DNA of 64,000 nt from Cetorhinus maximus (taxonomy: Eukaryota), in contig NC_135893.1 of assembly GCF_964194155.1 (NCBI RefSeq), positions 16,988,001 through 17,052,000 of the forward strand, in the 5' to 3' direction. Position numbers and translations under genes: made by a program. The notes under the pieces were generated by a model. That model saw nothing but the letters and a program-made list of their open reading frames with translations. It searched no databases and had not been told where the DNA came from. This document shows positions 12,005 through 23,544 of this stretch, piece after piece. Position 1 is the stretch's first letter. Each line of letters begins with the position of its first letter.

Positions 12005-13492
12005 CTGAGCAACAGTGAAAGAGCATCAAGGAAAGAAACAGTCCAATGTTAAACAGCAAATCTCACCCCCTCCCGCCATGAACCTAGTTATGCCCTTCTC
12101 AAGTGCATTTAGGGATGGGCAATAAATGCTGGCCCAGCCAGCGACGCTCACATCCCATGAATGAATTTTTAAAATGTTTTGGACTCTGTGTTATCCCCCA
12201 GATTCCCTCTTCCCTCCCAACCATCGATCCACACTTAGCCACTGTCCCTGCCACTATCAGGCTCCTGTGAAAAACCCTAGAAATTTTGCTATGTTAAAAT
12301 CGCAAGTTGTTGTCTAGTCTCACAGCCTCAGTATGTTGTATAGCCACTGCATTAGATATATTTTTATCATTTCCTGGGGCGTCTCTCATATATTAATTAT
12401 TTATATAACTCATTACCAACTCTCAGGATCTACAGTAATCATTATTGTGGGTCCCTGGCTACTGACCTGTGGAAGTTTAACTCCGACTTGATAGTTTGCA
12501 AATTAATTAATTATATCAGTGACTGTTCACTCTCACTACATATGTTATTAATATTCTACAATCCAGGCTGACTGACCTATGGAAGCTCGGCTCCTTGTCT
12601 CTGATGTGTTATAATCTTTTAAAAATAATTAATTGATTAATTATTTATTTACATAAAACGGCTGATCATTCTCAGTATCGAAACTAATGATGCTGATCCT
12701 ATTGGTTACCTGCAACAGGTGAACTACCCATTCTGTTGGTAGCTATATGGTAATTTTACCCGTTAATTCATTGAATCATACACAATAAGAGGCCATTGGA
12801 CCCATCGTGGCTATGCCAGTTCTTTGAAAAAGTTATCCAATTAGTCCCACTCCCTTGCTCTTTCCCAATGCCCTACAAATTTGCCCTCATTAAGTATATA
12901 TTCAATTTCTTTTGAAAATTCCAATTGAATCTGCTTCCAAACCCCTTTCAGGGCATGTATGTCAGATCATTATAACATTCTGCATAAAAAATTCATTATA
13001 TAAAATGACCTCACTCTCAATATATACAACATTTGATTATTAATATTCAGGACTACTGGCTGATTTACCAGTGACATGTGAACTACTTGTTCTTGATGTG
13101 CTGCTGATGATTTATACCATTACTTTAACACATTAATTGATTAATTCTTTATATAAAATTACTGTATTTTGTCTATATATAAAATGACTATTCAGCATTT
13201 ATTTTGATTATTCACATTCTAAGCCCCTACCTGATTTACCTGGGACAGGTGAGCTCCTAATTCCTGATGTCTTGGTATTATAACAGCGTTTTTACACATT
13301 GATAGTAAAAAATTACCAGTATATACCTACACTTTGATTATTATGATTCTGGGTCCCTGTCTGATTTACCTATGATAGATGAGTTATTTGTCTCTGATAT
13401 TCTGTTGGTAGTTATGATATACATCTATACACATTAATTAATTATTGACATAAAATAATTGTTCACTCTCAGTACATGCATATTACAGTATT

Positions 13493-13724
13493 ATAAAAGT
13501 AAAATACTGCAGGTGCTGCAGATCTGAATGAAAACATGAAGTGCTGGAAAATCTCAGCAGGTCTGGCAGCATCTGTAGAGAGAGAAACAGAGTTAACCTT
13601 TTGAGTCCAATATGACTTCTTTGGAACAGTTCTGAAGAAGAGTAATACTGGACTCGAAACGTTAACTCTGTCAGATGCTGCCAGACCTGCTGTGATTTTC
13701 AAGCACTTGCTGTTTTCATTTTAA
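13493..13724. mobile_element. Palindromic Penelope-derived short element with hammerhead motifs and an 11-bp TSD
   Basis: Inverted arms 'tgctggaaaatctcagcaggtctggcagcatctg' / 'cagatgctgccagacctgctgtgattttcaagca'. Flanking direct repeat attacagtatt at 13482-13492 and 13725-13735. Confidence 0.85.
13628..13667 (+). ncRNA. Minimal type I hammerhead ribozyme motif
   Basis: Stem I AGTT(13628-31)/AACT(13664-67). Core CTGAAGA(13632-38) plus an extra A. Stem II GAGT/ACTC. GAAA(13656-59). Palindromic loopless stem III ACGT. Predicted cleavage after GUU (13663). Confidence 0.65.
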
Positions 13725-13931
13725 ATTACAGTATTGATGTTCTGGGTCCCTGTCTGATTTACCTGTGACAGGTGAGTTACTTGTCCCTGATGTGCTGTTG
13801 GTAGTTATGACAGTATCTGTACACATTAATTATTTATATAAAATGAATTTATATAAGATGCCCTCATTATTTTATAAAATGACTGTTCACTCTCAGTATA
13901 TATTGATATTCTGAGGCCCTAGCTGATTTAC

Positions 13932-14005
13932 CTGTGGAAGGTGAGCTCCTTGTTTTTGCTGCTGTACCTGTTGGTACAGTTATAGGCAGCACACGACTTG
14001 GGCAT
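13932..14005 (-). CDS. THAP3: THAP3 coding exon 1 (MPKSCAAYNCTNRYSSKNKELTFHR)
   Basis: ATG at 14005. Matches the THAP3 N-terminus MPKSCAA..C.NRYSS....LTFHR. Donor CAG|gtaaat, phase 2, compatible with exon 2. Confidence 0.95.
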
Positions 14006-14400
14006 GACCCAGCCCCGCTTCTGCCCCCCACAATAATGGCGGCCTAGCGGCAACACCCGGCCCACCGCGACCCCTCACAACAAAATGGCGCCGTTGCTTG
14101 GCGGCACAGCCAACACATCCGACCCCCCGAAAATATATATCAGGATGGCGGAGTTAAAAGTCCAAACTGCTCCCGGACGAGCTCCTCGCGCGTTTAACTT
14201 ACGGAAGCGGATTTAATTAATTATATATAAATATAAAAAAAAAATCTCGGAGGCGCGAGCCCTTTTACCGCAAACGCTGCTGGGATTTTTTTCCGCGGGG
14301 GAGGGCAAGGGGAGGAATGTGCTCAATGACGCATTTGTACGTAAGGAGGGCGGAGTCTCGGGCATGCGTGATGACGTCACAGACAGCGCCGCAGGTGGCC
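14006..14400 (-). promoter_or_regulatory. THAP3: THAP3 5' UTR and CpG-rich promoter
   Basis: CpG-dense. YY1-like ATGGCG motifs at ~14034, 14082 and 14144. ETS-like CGGAAG at ~14202. GC box GGGCGG at 14348-14353. Perfect CRE TGACGTCA at 14372-14379. Confidence 0.75.
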
Positions 14401-14559
14401 CATGGGTTATTGCTCGATTGTTGCTGGGGCAAGAGTGGGATGGGCAAAAGTGTATTTTCTTGGAAGATTTTCTTTTTCTGTTGATTGATTTCTCTCATCA
14501 GCCCTTGTCTCCATGGCTGGGTTTCTCTATCAATTGTGTATGCATTTTTTCCCTCCTTG

Positions 14560-15050
14560 AAGCCAACTCCATGCAAGCATTCAGGCAAAACTCCTGCAAA
14601 ATCCATTTCAACGGATTGGATTGGACACTGTCGAAAAATTTTCCCTGACCAGGCCCGTTTTTTCATCTCTCAAATGGCCAACGTATCAGGGGAGGACCAA
14701 TAAAGCATTGCAAAGACATTCTGAAGCTCTCCTTGAAGCGTGGCAGCATGGACGTTAGTGACTGGGAGGAGCTTGCTACCAATTGTTCAAAATGACGACA
14801 ACGTGTCCATCAGGCTGTATCACGCTTTGAGTCACAGCCCCTTAGTGACGAGGCAAAGTGGCGGCAGAGAAGGAAAGAAAAGGAAGCGAATCCTGCACTC
14901 TGGATCCCACTAACTCATGGTATGTCCTGCCCAATGTGCCCAAAGTTCTGTGGGTTTAGAATCGGCCTGTCCAGTCACATGAAGGCACATGGCAGAGATT
15001 CGTGGCCCTGAGTAGACGTCATCCTCGAATCAAGGGACAGCCCGAGGATG
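14560..15050 (+). mobile_element. RTE-clade LINE 3' fragment
   Basis: Translates to GQR..GG....KDILKLSLKRGSMDVSDWEELA and a terminal C2H2-like CPMCPKFCGFRIGLSSHMKAH, typical of RTE-type ORF ends. Confidence 0.65.
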
Positions 15051-15144
15051 AAATTATTTCCTACTCACCATGCAGTCTAGAAAACTCCATTGAGACCAAA
15101 CACAGGTTGGATGATCACTTTGACAGAGGTCTAAATTTATTCAT

Positions 15145-15450
15145 ACCGCAAGTGTAACCAAGCTTCCCATTTTAATTCTCTGCCCCGCACCCAATCTGAC
15201 CTCTGCATCCTTGGCATCCTACATGTTCCAATGAAGCGCAATGGAAGTTCAAAGAACAATACCTCATCTTTCGATTAAGCACTTTACAATCTTTTGGACT
15301 CATTACTGAATTCTACAATTTCAGATGGTAGCCATTGCTAACCTTTCTCAGGTCTAACAATAGTTCATCCACCTTAAATCTCAACTCTGCTTCTCCCCCA
15401 ACCAATGCTGTCTGTCCTGCTGAGAACTTCCAGCTTTTTATTTCTTTGTT
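15145..15450 (+). mobile_element. Penelope-like element 3' fragment
   Basis: Homologous to 4605-4800 ('ctcatctttcgattaagcactttaca...ggactca'), followed by a degenerate terminal repeat. Confidence 0.7.
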
Positions 15451-15754
15451 CTGGGTTTCTCTATTGCTCCCTTAGTTCCACTTCTACTTTTCACCAACTG
15501 TAACTCATCGAGAATCTGTTTACCTGGACTTTGGTCACCCCAGGCTGTCACTGGCTTCCTCTGTCACAACAATTTCAAGATCTTTATCCTCATCTTTAAA
15601 TATCTGCATAGATTTGACCCAACCTTCCTCCTTCAACCTTACTTGACACCACCCACAGCCCTAGTTCTACATGTTTCTTATGCCCTTTGCTCTTTCTGAC
15701 GCTATGCCTCCACCCTCTGGTCGTCCCTACCGGTTTCCAAAAGAAAGAACAAAT

Positions 15755-16135
15755 TTGCATTTAAATAGCATCTTTCACGTCTTCAGGACATTGCAAGTGG
15801 CACTAATTTACTTCTTGATGTACAAGCACCATATTATTGGTGACCAATTACTGTACAGCAAGGCTCTACATACTGCAATGAGATAAAGGAATAATCTGAT
15901 GGTGTATATTGAAGAATAAATGGTGGTCAGGAGACCAGGGAGAACTCCCTTGCTCTGCTATATTAAAATGCTTTAATGTCCACCAGAACCAACAGATTGT
16001 ACCTCAGTTAAAAGTTTCATTCAAATGACAGCATCTCGAACAATGCAGCACTCCACCTGCATTAGGGTATCAGCCTAGATTATCTGCTGAAATGGCCCTT
16101 GAACCCATAATGTTCTGTCTTAGGTGAGAGTCCTA
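15755..16135 (-). mobile_element. Deu-domain SINE, old copy
   Basis: Homologous to 10250-10670 and 20100-20550. Confidence 0.65.
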
Positions 16136-16573
16136 TAAAATGAGCTGAACAAAGAACAGTCTGCTACTTTTTCCTTCAATCATTTTATCAGCCCTACCAC
16201 CAATTGCATTCTATCTGTTCCTTTCTAATGGTGCTATTTATTCTCTGCTGTATGGAGCATTCTGGCCACTCTACAAATCAGGCTATGGATGTTGAGCTAT
16301 TTGATCACTGGGGTCATTAACAGGGTAGCAACATAAACCATTCAAATTATTCAGACATGACCATGCAGCTTATGAAAATATCACAGTGCTGCAGCAGTTG
16401 GGGCTGACGAAGTCTATCTTTATTCTACAACTAACTGTTCCATACCTGACCTGGATTCTTGATGGGAAATGTAATGGGGACTTCTCTCTTTATTAACCCA
16501 ACGTGCACGTTTTCCATGTCTTTTGTGTCCTTCGTATGGTGCAGAAGATAAGGGGGAAATAAGTTATGACGGG

Positions 16574-16613
16574 TTTATTATTTAAAATACCAATAGTTAA
16601 ATCTTTATTTACA
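16574..16613 (-). terminator. PHF13: PHF13 candidate polyadenylation signals with overlapping Pumilio element
   Basis: AATAAA on the minus strand at 16604-16609 and 16574-16579. TGTAAATA at 16606-16613. Implies a ~3.2-kb repeat-poor 3' UTR. Confidence 0.55.
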
Positions 16614-18999
16614 AAATAACTTCCGATATACATGTACAAAGTTTCACAGAAACAAGGTTTTCTTTGTTCCACTCTAACGATTCTTCCAAGGAGACAGTCC
16701 AACATTCCCGGCAACATCACTGGATATAGTTTCAGAGTCAGACTTGTTACATGTCCATGATAATCTCGTACAGATATTCCCATCAGGAGCAAGAGCAACA
16801 CCAGTGCTTGAAATATCACAATGCTGCTTTGTCAAATAAAATTCACCCTCATTTTCAATAAAATAAGTTAAAGGAAGTAAAAGTCAAGAGACAGGCATTC
16901 CTCATAAGAATATGGTAGACAGAGTGTGTTTTCAGCATGTAATGTGGACCGGATTACACCAATGCTTTAATTATTATTTTTCGTACAATGAATATCTAGG
17001 GCCTTTTGGAGTTTAGGTTGACTGATGCTGGCTAAGGATTTTCTCCTCTTCTAAAGGGGCTGGCTCTCCAGTTCCACAAGGAATTCACTTCACTTCACTT
17101 GCTGGTCCCACCAGCTGTTCTTTACACACATGTCTTGAAAAGTATGTGTCAACCAGCTAATTCACTGTGGTTAGCAAGTTGAGCCAGATTCTGTCCTCAC
17201 TCAGTGTCTATATGTTCCCAGCAGGAATCATAGGATATTGATCAAGAGTGGGAAACTTGGCTGATTTCTGATGGTAACTTTACATTCAAGCTGGACTGTT
17301 GTACAAGGACCACCTGTCTTTCTCCCTTCTCCCCTCCATCCATATAGAAAGCAAAGTTTGAAGGGGTACTCTTTATCGACAAGAGGGAGATCACCATTTC
17401 ACATACTCTTGGCAGAGGGAAAATAGGAAAAAAATCATTCCTCAACAGCAATATTAAATTTCTATTATTTTAATGTGGGTGACTGAGGAAGCCAATTAGC
17501 TCCTTGCGTTTGATGGTGGTGATGGTTGATTGTCAGACATCTTTTAAGTGCTCACTATGTCTCTAGCCTATCACCTCCTAAAGCCATTGGTTACAGGAGA
17601 AGGGAAAATAAATCATACTGCTGTTTTGGGGTAACCTGGAACATTGGTTAAAGGGAAAAAAGAATAATTTCGGAGGGGAAAGGGAGAGGGGAAGGGAGTG
17701 GCAAGGGAGGCAAGTGGAAGGCTTCTTATTCCACGTACTGGCCCCCCCACCTGTTCTCCAATCATGAGGAAGAGCACTGTGCACTTTGATTCATTCCAAT
17801 AAAATCAATGGAGTCAATTCTTGAGTTCTTTCCTGTTATTGGAACCATCAAGTTGAGGAGACCCAACTTGGCAAATATTTGTGGGCTAAGACATTTGAGA
17901 GTAAAAATACACGAGCAATATTTTTATGGCAATATATATTTTACAATATACAATGACGGAAGGTTGAACAAGGATACCTCCTCATCTTCCACACCACCCC
18001 CTTCCCTGCACCCCCCTCACAACCTGTTTTTAAGGAAGGGTCAAAATGGTGAAGACTCTAGATTAACGATGCACAAAACAGTAGGGTCTGCATCAATTTA
18101 AATGCTCAGTTACAAATTGTGACTGAGCCATACAGATGACCCACAGAAATGAAGCCACATCGCCACTGAACATTTAACCCACCGCAAAAGAGGTCTGTTG
18201 AATGAGTGTGCCAACATCTTGGGTACCATAATCACATTCCTTACTGTCAATGTGTTCACAATATCTTCATGCGTCATGAGGTGCAGAGTAAGCAATAGAA
18301 GTGGGCAGAGGGGACGATGATGATCTCCTTCTCCCTTCACCCAACTCTTCAGTTCAGGTTTTCAGATACTGTCCTGAACTTATTGCACATGGTGCCAAGT
18401 TTGGACCAAAAAGACTTGAAGTAACGGATAGGAATTTTTTTCTCCCCAAAGAGTCTGGATTACTGCCTTTTTAACAGAATTCTCTGTCCAGACCTTTTAA
18501 CAATTGATACAATGTTCAGTTTGTCATCTCCTCCCCTTGCAGCTCATAAAACAACTGTTCAGATGCATAGAAGTGGATGAGAGTTCATTAATTGATCGTT
18601 TAAAAGCCACAGTCCTGACACTTAAGGATTTTCTTTCCTCCTTCTCACTGCAGTACTAAGTTTGGTTTTCAATACTGAATTTCAGGCATAAAAATTGTAA
18701 AGGCCTCCTCAAGAGAAATATCCCCCCCACCGCAAAAAAAATTGTAAATATAAATTGTTTGCCTATTCCAAACCTTTTAATAGCAACAGTCAAACCCAAT
18801 GAATTAACCGGGAATGTTATCACACTTCCAACATAGGATTTTAACCCTTTTGTCAACTAGCTTCCTGTAGCTTCTGGAAAGAATATTTGGACTTGCTTGG
18901 GTTTTGATTGGTGTGATGTTTAAAGAAAAGGGCTGAGGGAGCAAAAGGCATTGGTTACTCTCATTTCGACCAAAGTAAATATTGTCATGTTAAAACTGA

Positions 19000-19190
19000 A
19001 AATATTGGCAATCTAAAATAAAATCAGGAAATGCTGGAAATACACAGCAGGTTAGTCAGCACATGTAAGCAGAGAAGATAGGTGTGTGCACCCTTAGTCA
19101 GAACTCATGAAATATTAATTTACTTTTACCGACTCTCAGATGTTGACAGAACGGTGGTGTATTTCCAGCATTATCTGGTTTTATTGCACA
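19000..19190. mobile_element. Old palindromic Penelope-derived short element in the PHF13 3' UTR
   Basis: Inverted arms 'aataaaatcaggaaatgctggaaatacacagc' / 'ggtggtgtatttccagcattatctggttttatt'. Confidence 0.65.
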
Positions 19191-19825
19191 TTATTAAATT
19201 CCAGGCCATTAGGTATAGATTATCTATTTTTTCCTTCACATTTCTTTTGATAATGTTAATGCTTGAATCCTTTTTCTATTGCACAGGGCCCTGTTTGTCT
19301 GCTTGCAGCTCCTTTAGCAGCAAGCATTATAGGGATTGCACAAAAAGTGAGGGGTTCCAGACATGGCTATTACTGTCATCCTTGGAGACCTTGGTGGATT
19401 AAGGCCTTTTAGATGCAAGGGGTGAGGAGTAAGAGCCAAAGGAAAGGAGAGAGGGGAAAGAAAATGCAGTTTATAGTAGTCAGCAAGTTCGCCCCCCCCT
19501 ACACCACCCCCCACATCAGCCCCAGGCCCCTAATCTCCCTTGTGCTGGTTTAGCCAGGGTGTGAGAACAGAAAGATGGAATGATGGACTTAACCTGTCAC
19601 GATCTCTTGGACTCTGACCTGGACGCTGTAAGGGCAAAGGGAGAGACAGAGTCAAAAAGCAGGCATCTCCTGTGCAAATGGATGGAACTCTCCAACAAGT
19701 GCATCATCAAACCATTTTGTTTTAAATGCATTTTTTTTTTTGTTGCCCCCCATTGCCATTTGAAAGTTCTCCTTTCTTTCCCCAGAACAAAACAAAACCA
19801 AGAAAGAAAGAAAGACTTGGACACC

Positions 19826-20052
19826 TCAGTCGAGGAAGTGTTTTCTGCAGCCGGTTCGAGACCGGTTCGATCGCCGAATGTCGTATTTGGAGTCTCGACA
19901 CCTTTGGCAGACGTACACCTCTGGGACATTGGACTTGCGGATTTTGGCACAGGACAGGTGGATCCAGGTACCACACTCATTGCATTCAATCATCGGCCGA
20001 CCGGCAAACGGCTTCATGCAGTAACATGTCACCAGGTCCCAGGAATCATCAT
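19826..20052 (-). CDS. PHF13: PHD finger protein 13, last coding exon (PHD finger)
   Basis: [68 protein letters not shown]...FLD* is nearly identical to vertebrate PHF13. Phase-1 acceptor. TGA at 19826-19828. Confidence 0.96.
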
Positions 20053-20099
20053 CTGTTCCAGGAGGAAGGTCCAAAGGTTAATCACAAATCAGATCAACA

Positions 20100-20555
20100 G
20101 TAATTTGCATTTATGTAGCACCTTTCATAAGCTCAGCATGTCCCAAAGTGCTTTCCATCCAATGGAGTACTTTCAGAGAGTAATCGTTGTTGTAACGTAG
20201 GAAAAGAAGTAGCTAATTTGTGCACAGTAAGATCCCACGAAGAGCAATGTGACAATGACCAGATAACCTCTTTTAGTGATGTTGGTTGATGGATAAATAT
20301 TGGCCAGGACACTGAGGAGAACTCCCCAATCTCCTTTGAAAGAGGGACCTTGGAATATTTTATGTCCATCTGAGAGGGCCGATGGAACCTTGGTTTAATG
20401 GTTCATTCAAACAAGGGCATCTTTAATGGTGCAGCACTCCCTCAATACTTCAATGGGAATGTCAGCCTGGACTTTGTGCTCAGGTATGTGGAGTGAGACT
20501 TGAACCCATAATCTTTCGGGCTCAGTGGCAAGAGTGCCAACCACTGAGCCATGGC
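20100..20555 (-). mobile_element. Deu-domain SINE, near full length
   Basis: tRNA-like head on the minus strand (GGCTCAGTGG...GGGTTCAAGTC), Deu core and L2-type tail. Confidence 0.8.
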
Positions 20556-20959
20556 TGTGGGCTCACATATGATGAATGACCATTTGGACAAGGTACTGGA
20601 GGGTGGCCAGAAGTTGTACCAAGCAGAAGCCGGACTTCAGGAGATTTTCAAGTTTTATAAGGAAGCTGGTGGTTTGAGAGATGCAAAATGCATTTACAAT
20701 CAAATAACAGACAGAACATGTGAACAAGGTAGAGCCTGGTGCTCTTCTGCAGTGTCAATAGGGGTCCCAAGCTTCATTTTAAAATTGTTAATTAACTAGT
20801 GTCCAAAGACATCAACATTTCTCAGTCCCTAGTTCAAAAGACCACCCCTTGTTTGATCATTCAGCCAATCTGTTATCTTCCTGAGCAAGATTGGCACGTC
20901 TCTGCTGTGGAGTTCTGCTCAATCCAGTTCCAAAAGAGCAGAACTAAGGTCACATCAAG

Positions 20960-21340
20960 AGAAAGAGAAGACATAGGAACAGTGGGACGCCATTCAGCCC
21001 CTCAAACATGTTCAGCCATATAATTAGACCTTTGTTATCCTTAATATCCTCGCCCAACAGAAACTGTTGATCTCAGGTTGGAAATTTTCAATTGATCCCA
21101 GGCCCTTTGAGGGGGTCAGTGTTCCAGATTTGCACTACCCTTTAAGTGAAAATGTGTTTCCTGATATCATCCCTGAAAGGCCGTGTTCTAATCTGGAGGT
21201 TATGCCCTTGTTCTGAACTCCCTCACCAGAGGAAATAGGGTAAATAACGAGAAACTATCAAATCTAATAATCATCATAAACACTTCAACTAAATCATCCT
21301 TAATCTTTGAAACTCAAGGGAATACAAGCTTAGTCCATGA
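20960..21340 (-). mobile_element. CR1 3' fragment
   Basis: 'gaagacataggaacagtgggacgccattcagcccctc...caagggaatacaagc' is the reverse complement of a CR1 3' end. Confidence 0.7.
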
Positions 21341-21365
21341 AACATTTTGGATTTCTCAATCTATA

Positions 21366-22141
21366 ATACAGTTGAAATCCCTTCAACATTAGGAAGCTAG
21401 AAAGGACCCCTGCATAGTCATCGATAGTCAGTGAAGAATTAGCTTAACCTACAAATGCAGGTACTGAGTCAGACAAATCATGAAGGTCCCAGTACCCTTA
21501 TTGCTGTTGAGTTTGCTGATCTCAACTTTAGGGACAGTTAAAATTGGCCTCGGTATCCTTGGTCGAGGGAGGGGAAACCAAGCAAACACCCCCTATGGAA
21601 AGTGGGTATAAAATTAACAATGGTATAAAAGGCTCGATGTGATTCCCCACATAGTATGGTGGCACTCACCATTGAGACTCACATGAAGAAACAGCGATGG
21701 ACAGGATTTATTGGAGGGTGCCTGGGAGCAATGGAATCAAACCCCAACAACAGTCAGCACTTCATGAGCAAGAGGAGGAGGGTATAGTTTTGGAAATGTT
21801 GGAATACAAAGCTGTATTTATCCTTAAATATTACAAGAGTAATTATTTAATTCACTGTGAGTTGTACACTAAGAAGCAGGGGTTAATATGAGGTCAGTGC
21901 TGTAGACAGCAGTTTATCCTTTGCATGTGATTGTAGAGTGTTTGACACAGGGAGATTGACCTGAGCCCAAGACCATGGTGATCAGGCACGAGTGCAGATT
22001 AGTGAGTACTGTCACCAGGATTTCAATTAATTGTAGGTGTGTGATATTTCCATACAATTAAAATCCCTTCAACATTAGGAAGCTAGAAAGCACCCCCACG
22101 TAGCTGTCTAGTCAGTGAAGAATTAGCTTAGCCTACAAATG
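21366..22141. repeat. Two dispersed direct copies of a ~90-bp element (21366-21457 and 22052-22141)
   Basis: Both copies share 'aaatcccttcaacattaggaagctagaaag' and 'tagtcagtgaagaattagctta.cctacaaatg'. Differences fall mainly in the central part. Confidence 0.9.
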
Positions 22142-22724
22142 AAATATGAAAAATAGAATCATAGACTCAAGATGCTAGGGCCAAGTCCTGGAGATCACCA
22201 GCCCCTCGGACAGTCCTGGAGACTATTCTCTTCCACTAATACTTGCGGTTACATAGATGTTGCTAGTTACATATATGTTGCTAGTAATGGTGGTTATCAT
22301 TCATCGCTAGTTCTGGCAGTTAGAATCTGCTATTAGTCCTGGTGCTTACAGTCTGACACTAGTACTACTGCTAGATTTGATGGTTACAGGTCTGTCAGTA
22401 GTACCACCTGAATGGACCTGTCTCTACTCCTGTCCATTACAGCCAGCCAGCTGTCATGCTCATTACAATCTGTCATTAGTGTTGATAATTACAGGTCTAT
22501 CATTAGTGACAGCCCTTTTGCTGTCTCAGCTGAGAACAGTTAGCCCTACACAGGCCACAGATCAAACCTGGGACTTTTCTTACCATACAACTCAGTTCCA
22601 CATTGGAAAGAGGATTTAACAACTGAGATACAGGGGAGCTCACATTGAGTCTGCATTACAGACGCACATCCAAGTACAGCATTTTGTGGCTGACAATTGT
22701 TTGGCATTCCAAATGCTTACTTAC

Positions 22725-23385
22725 CAGAATCCACCATGATGTCCTCATCATTCCCAGTTGTGTCCACATCCCTGAACACAACCTGCTTTCCCTGACGGAA
22801 AACGGTCCTCTGTCGCTCCACTTTCTCACATTTTATCGTCTCATTCATCACATCTGTCGCAGTGGCCGGCAGAAAAGAACTGTCCTGGCCGGTGCTTGAA
22901 GAGTCCTTGAGGGGCTCCTGGGTGGATGGCTGCTGGGCAAGGTGTGCTGGAGTGAGGGGCTCTGGGGTGAGCAGCTGCTGGGCGAGAGGTTCCTGGGTGA
23001 GAGGCTCCAGGGAAATAGATGCTGTTGCCGCATCCTCTGCTTCATGGTCAGTAGAGTCTGGATTGGTCTCTGCAGCTGGGTTAGGCGGCTCCTGCTTGAC
23101 CGTCTCCTCAAGCCGAGGTTCTTCTATCCTCGGGCCGCCCTCCTTTGCCCTCAGCTCACGCCTCCTCTTCACCTTGTCGGGCTTCCTGCGGTTGAAGGGG
23201 GGCAGCATGAAGCCGCCCGATTTGTGATGTTTCAGAAATGAGTACGGTTTGGCCCGTTTGAAGCCAGTGAAAGTTTTCCTGCCTTTATTTGCGTCAGGGA
23301 CAGAAAGCGGGAGGTCCCAGGGTTCACTCTCTGCAGTGCTGCCTGTGCTGTTGGGAGGGCTGGAGCTCGTCCGCAGAGGCACCTC
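22725..23385 (-). CDS. PHF13: PHF13 coding exon 3
   Basis: EVPLRTSSSPPNSTGST...KRAKP...RTVFRQGKQVVFRDVDTTGNDEDIMVDS. Boundaries tttttcag| and |gtaagt, 661 nt. Confidence 0.93.
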
Positions 23386-23544
23386 CTGAAAAAGGATAAA
23401 GACAACAGGTCAGCAAACAGCTGTACAGTTTCACCTCACATCATGTCGGAGAATAATGGAATCAGCTGAGGTTCAAAGGCTAGCATTCTTGCCTCTGAGT
23501 CATACAAGAGATTTAACCCCATAATCTAAATTGATATTCTAGGG

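Larger units (their letters stand above)
12400..13985. repeat. Degenerate tandem array (about 8 units including the real one) of the THAP3 exon 1 3' end plus intron 1 start
   Basis: The motif 'gtccctg.ctgatttacctgtgacaggtgag.t.cttgt..ctgatg..ctgttggtagttat' recurs at ~12451, 12563, 12695, 13050, 13222, 13349, 13741 and 13911 (the true exon boundary). Confidence 0.8.

Noticed and set aside
8306-14005. THAP domain as part of a P-element-like transposase
   Set aside because: The exon structure, HCF-1-binding motif, coiled coil and synteny identify the host gene THAP3. No transposase catalytic domain or TIRs are present.
20490-20555. tRNA-gene-like A/B boxes (also ~7440, 38190, 53060)
   Set aside because: These are SINE heads attached to SINE bodies and do not form a full cloverleaf.
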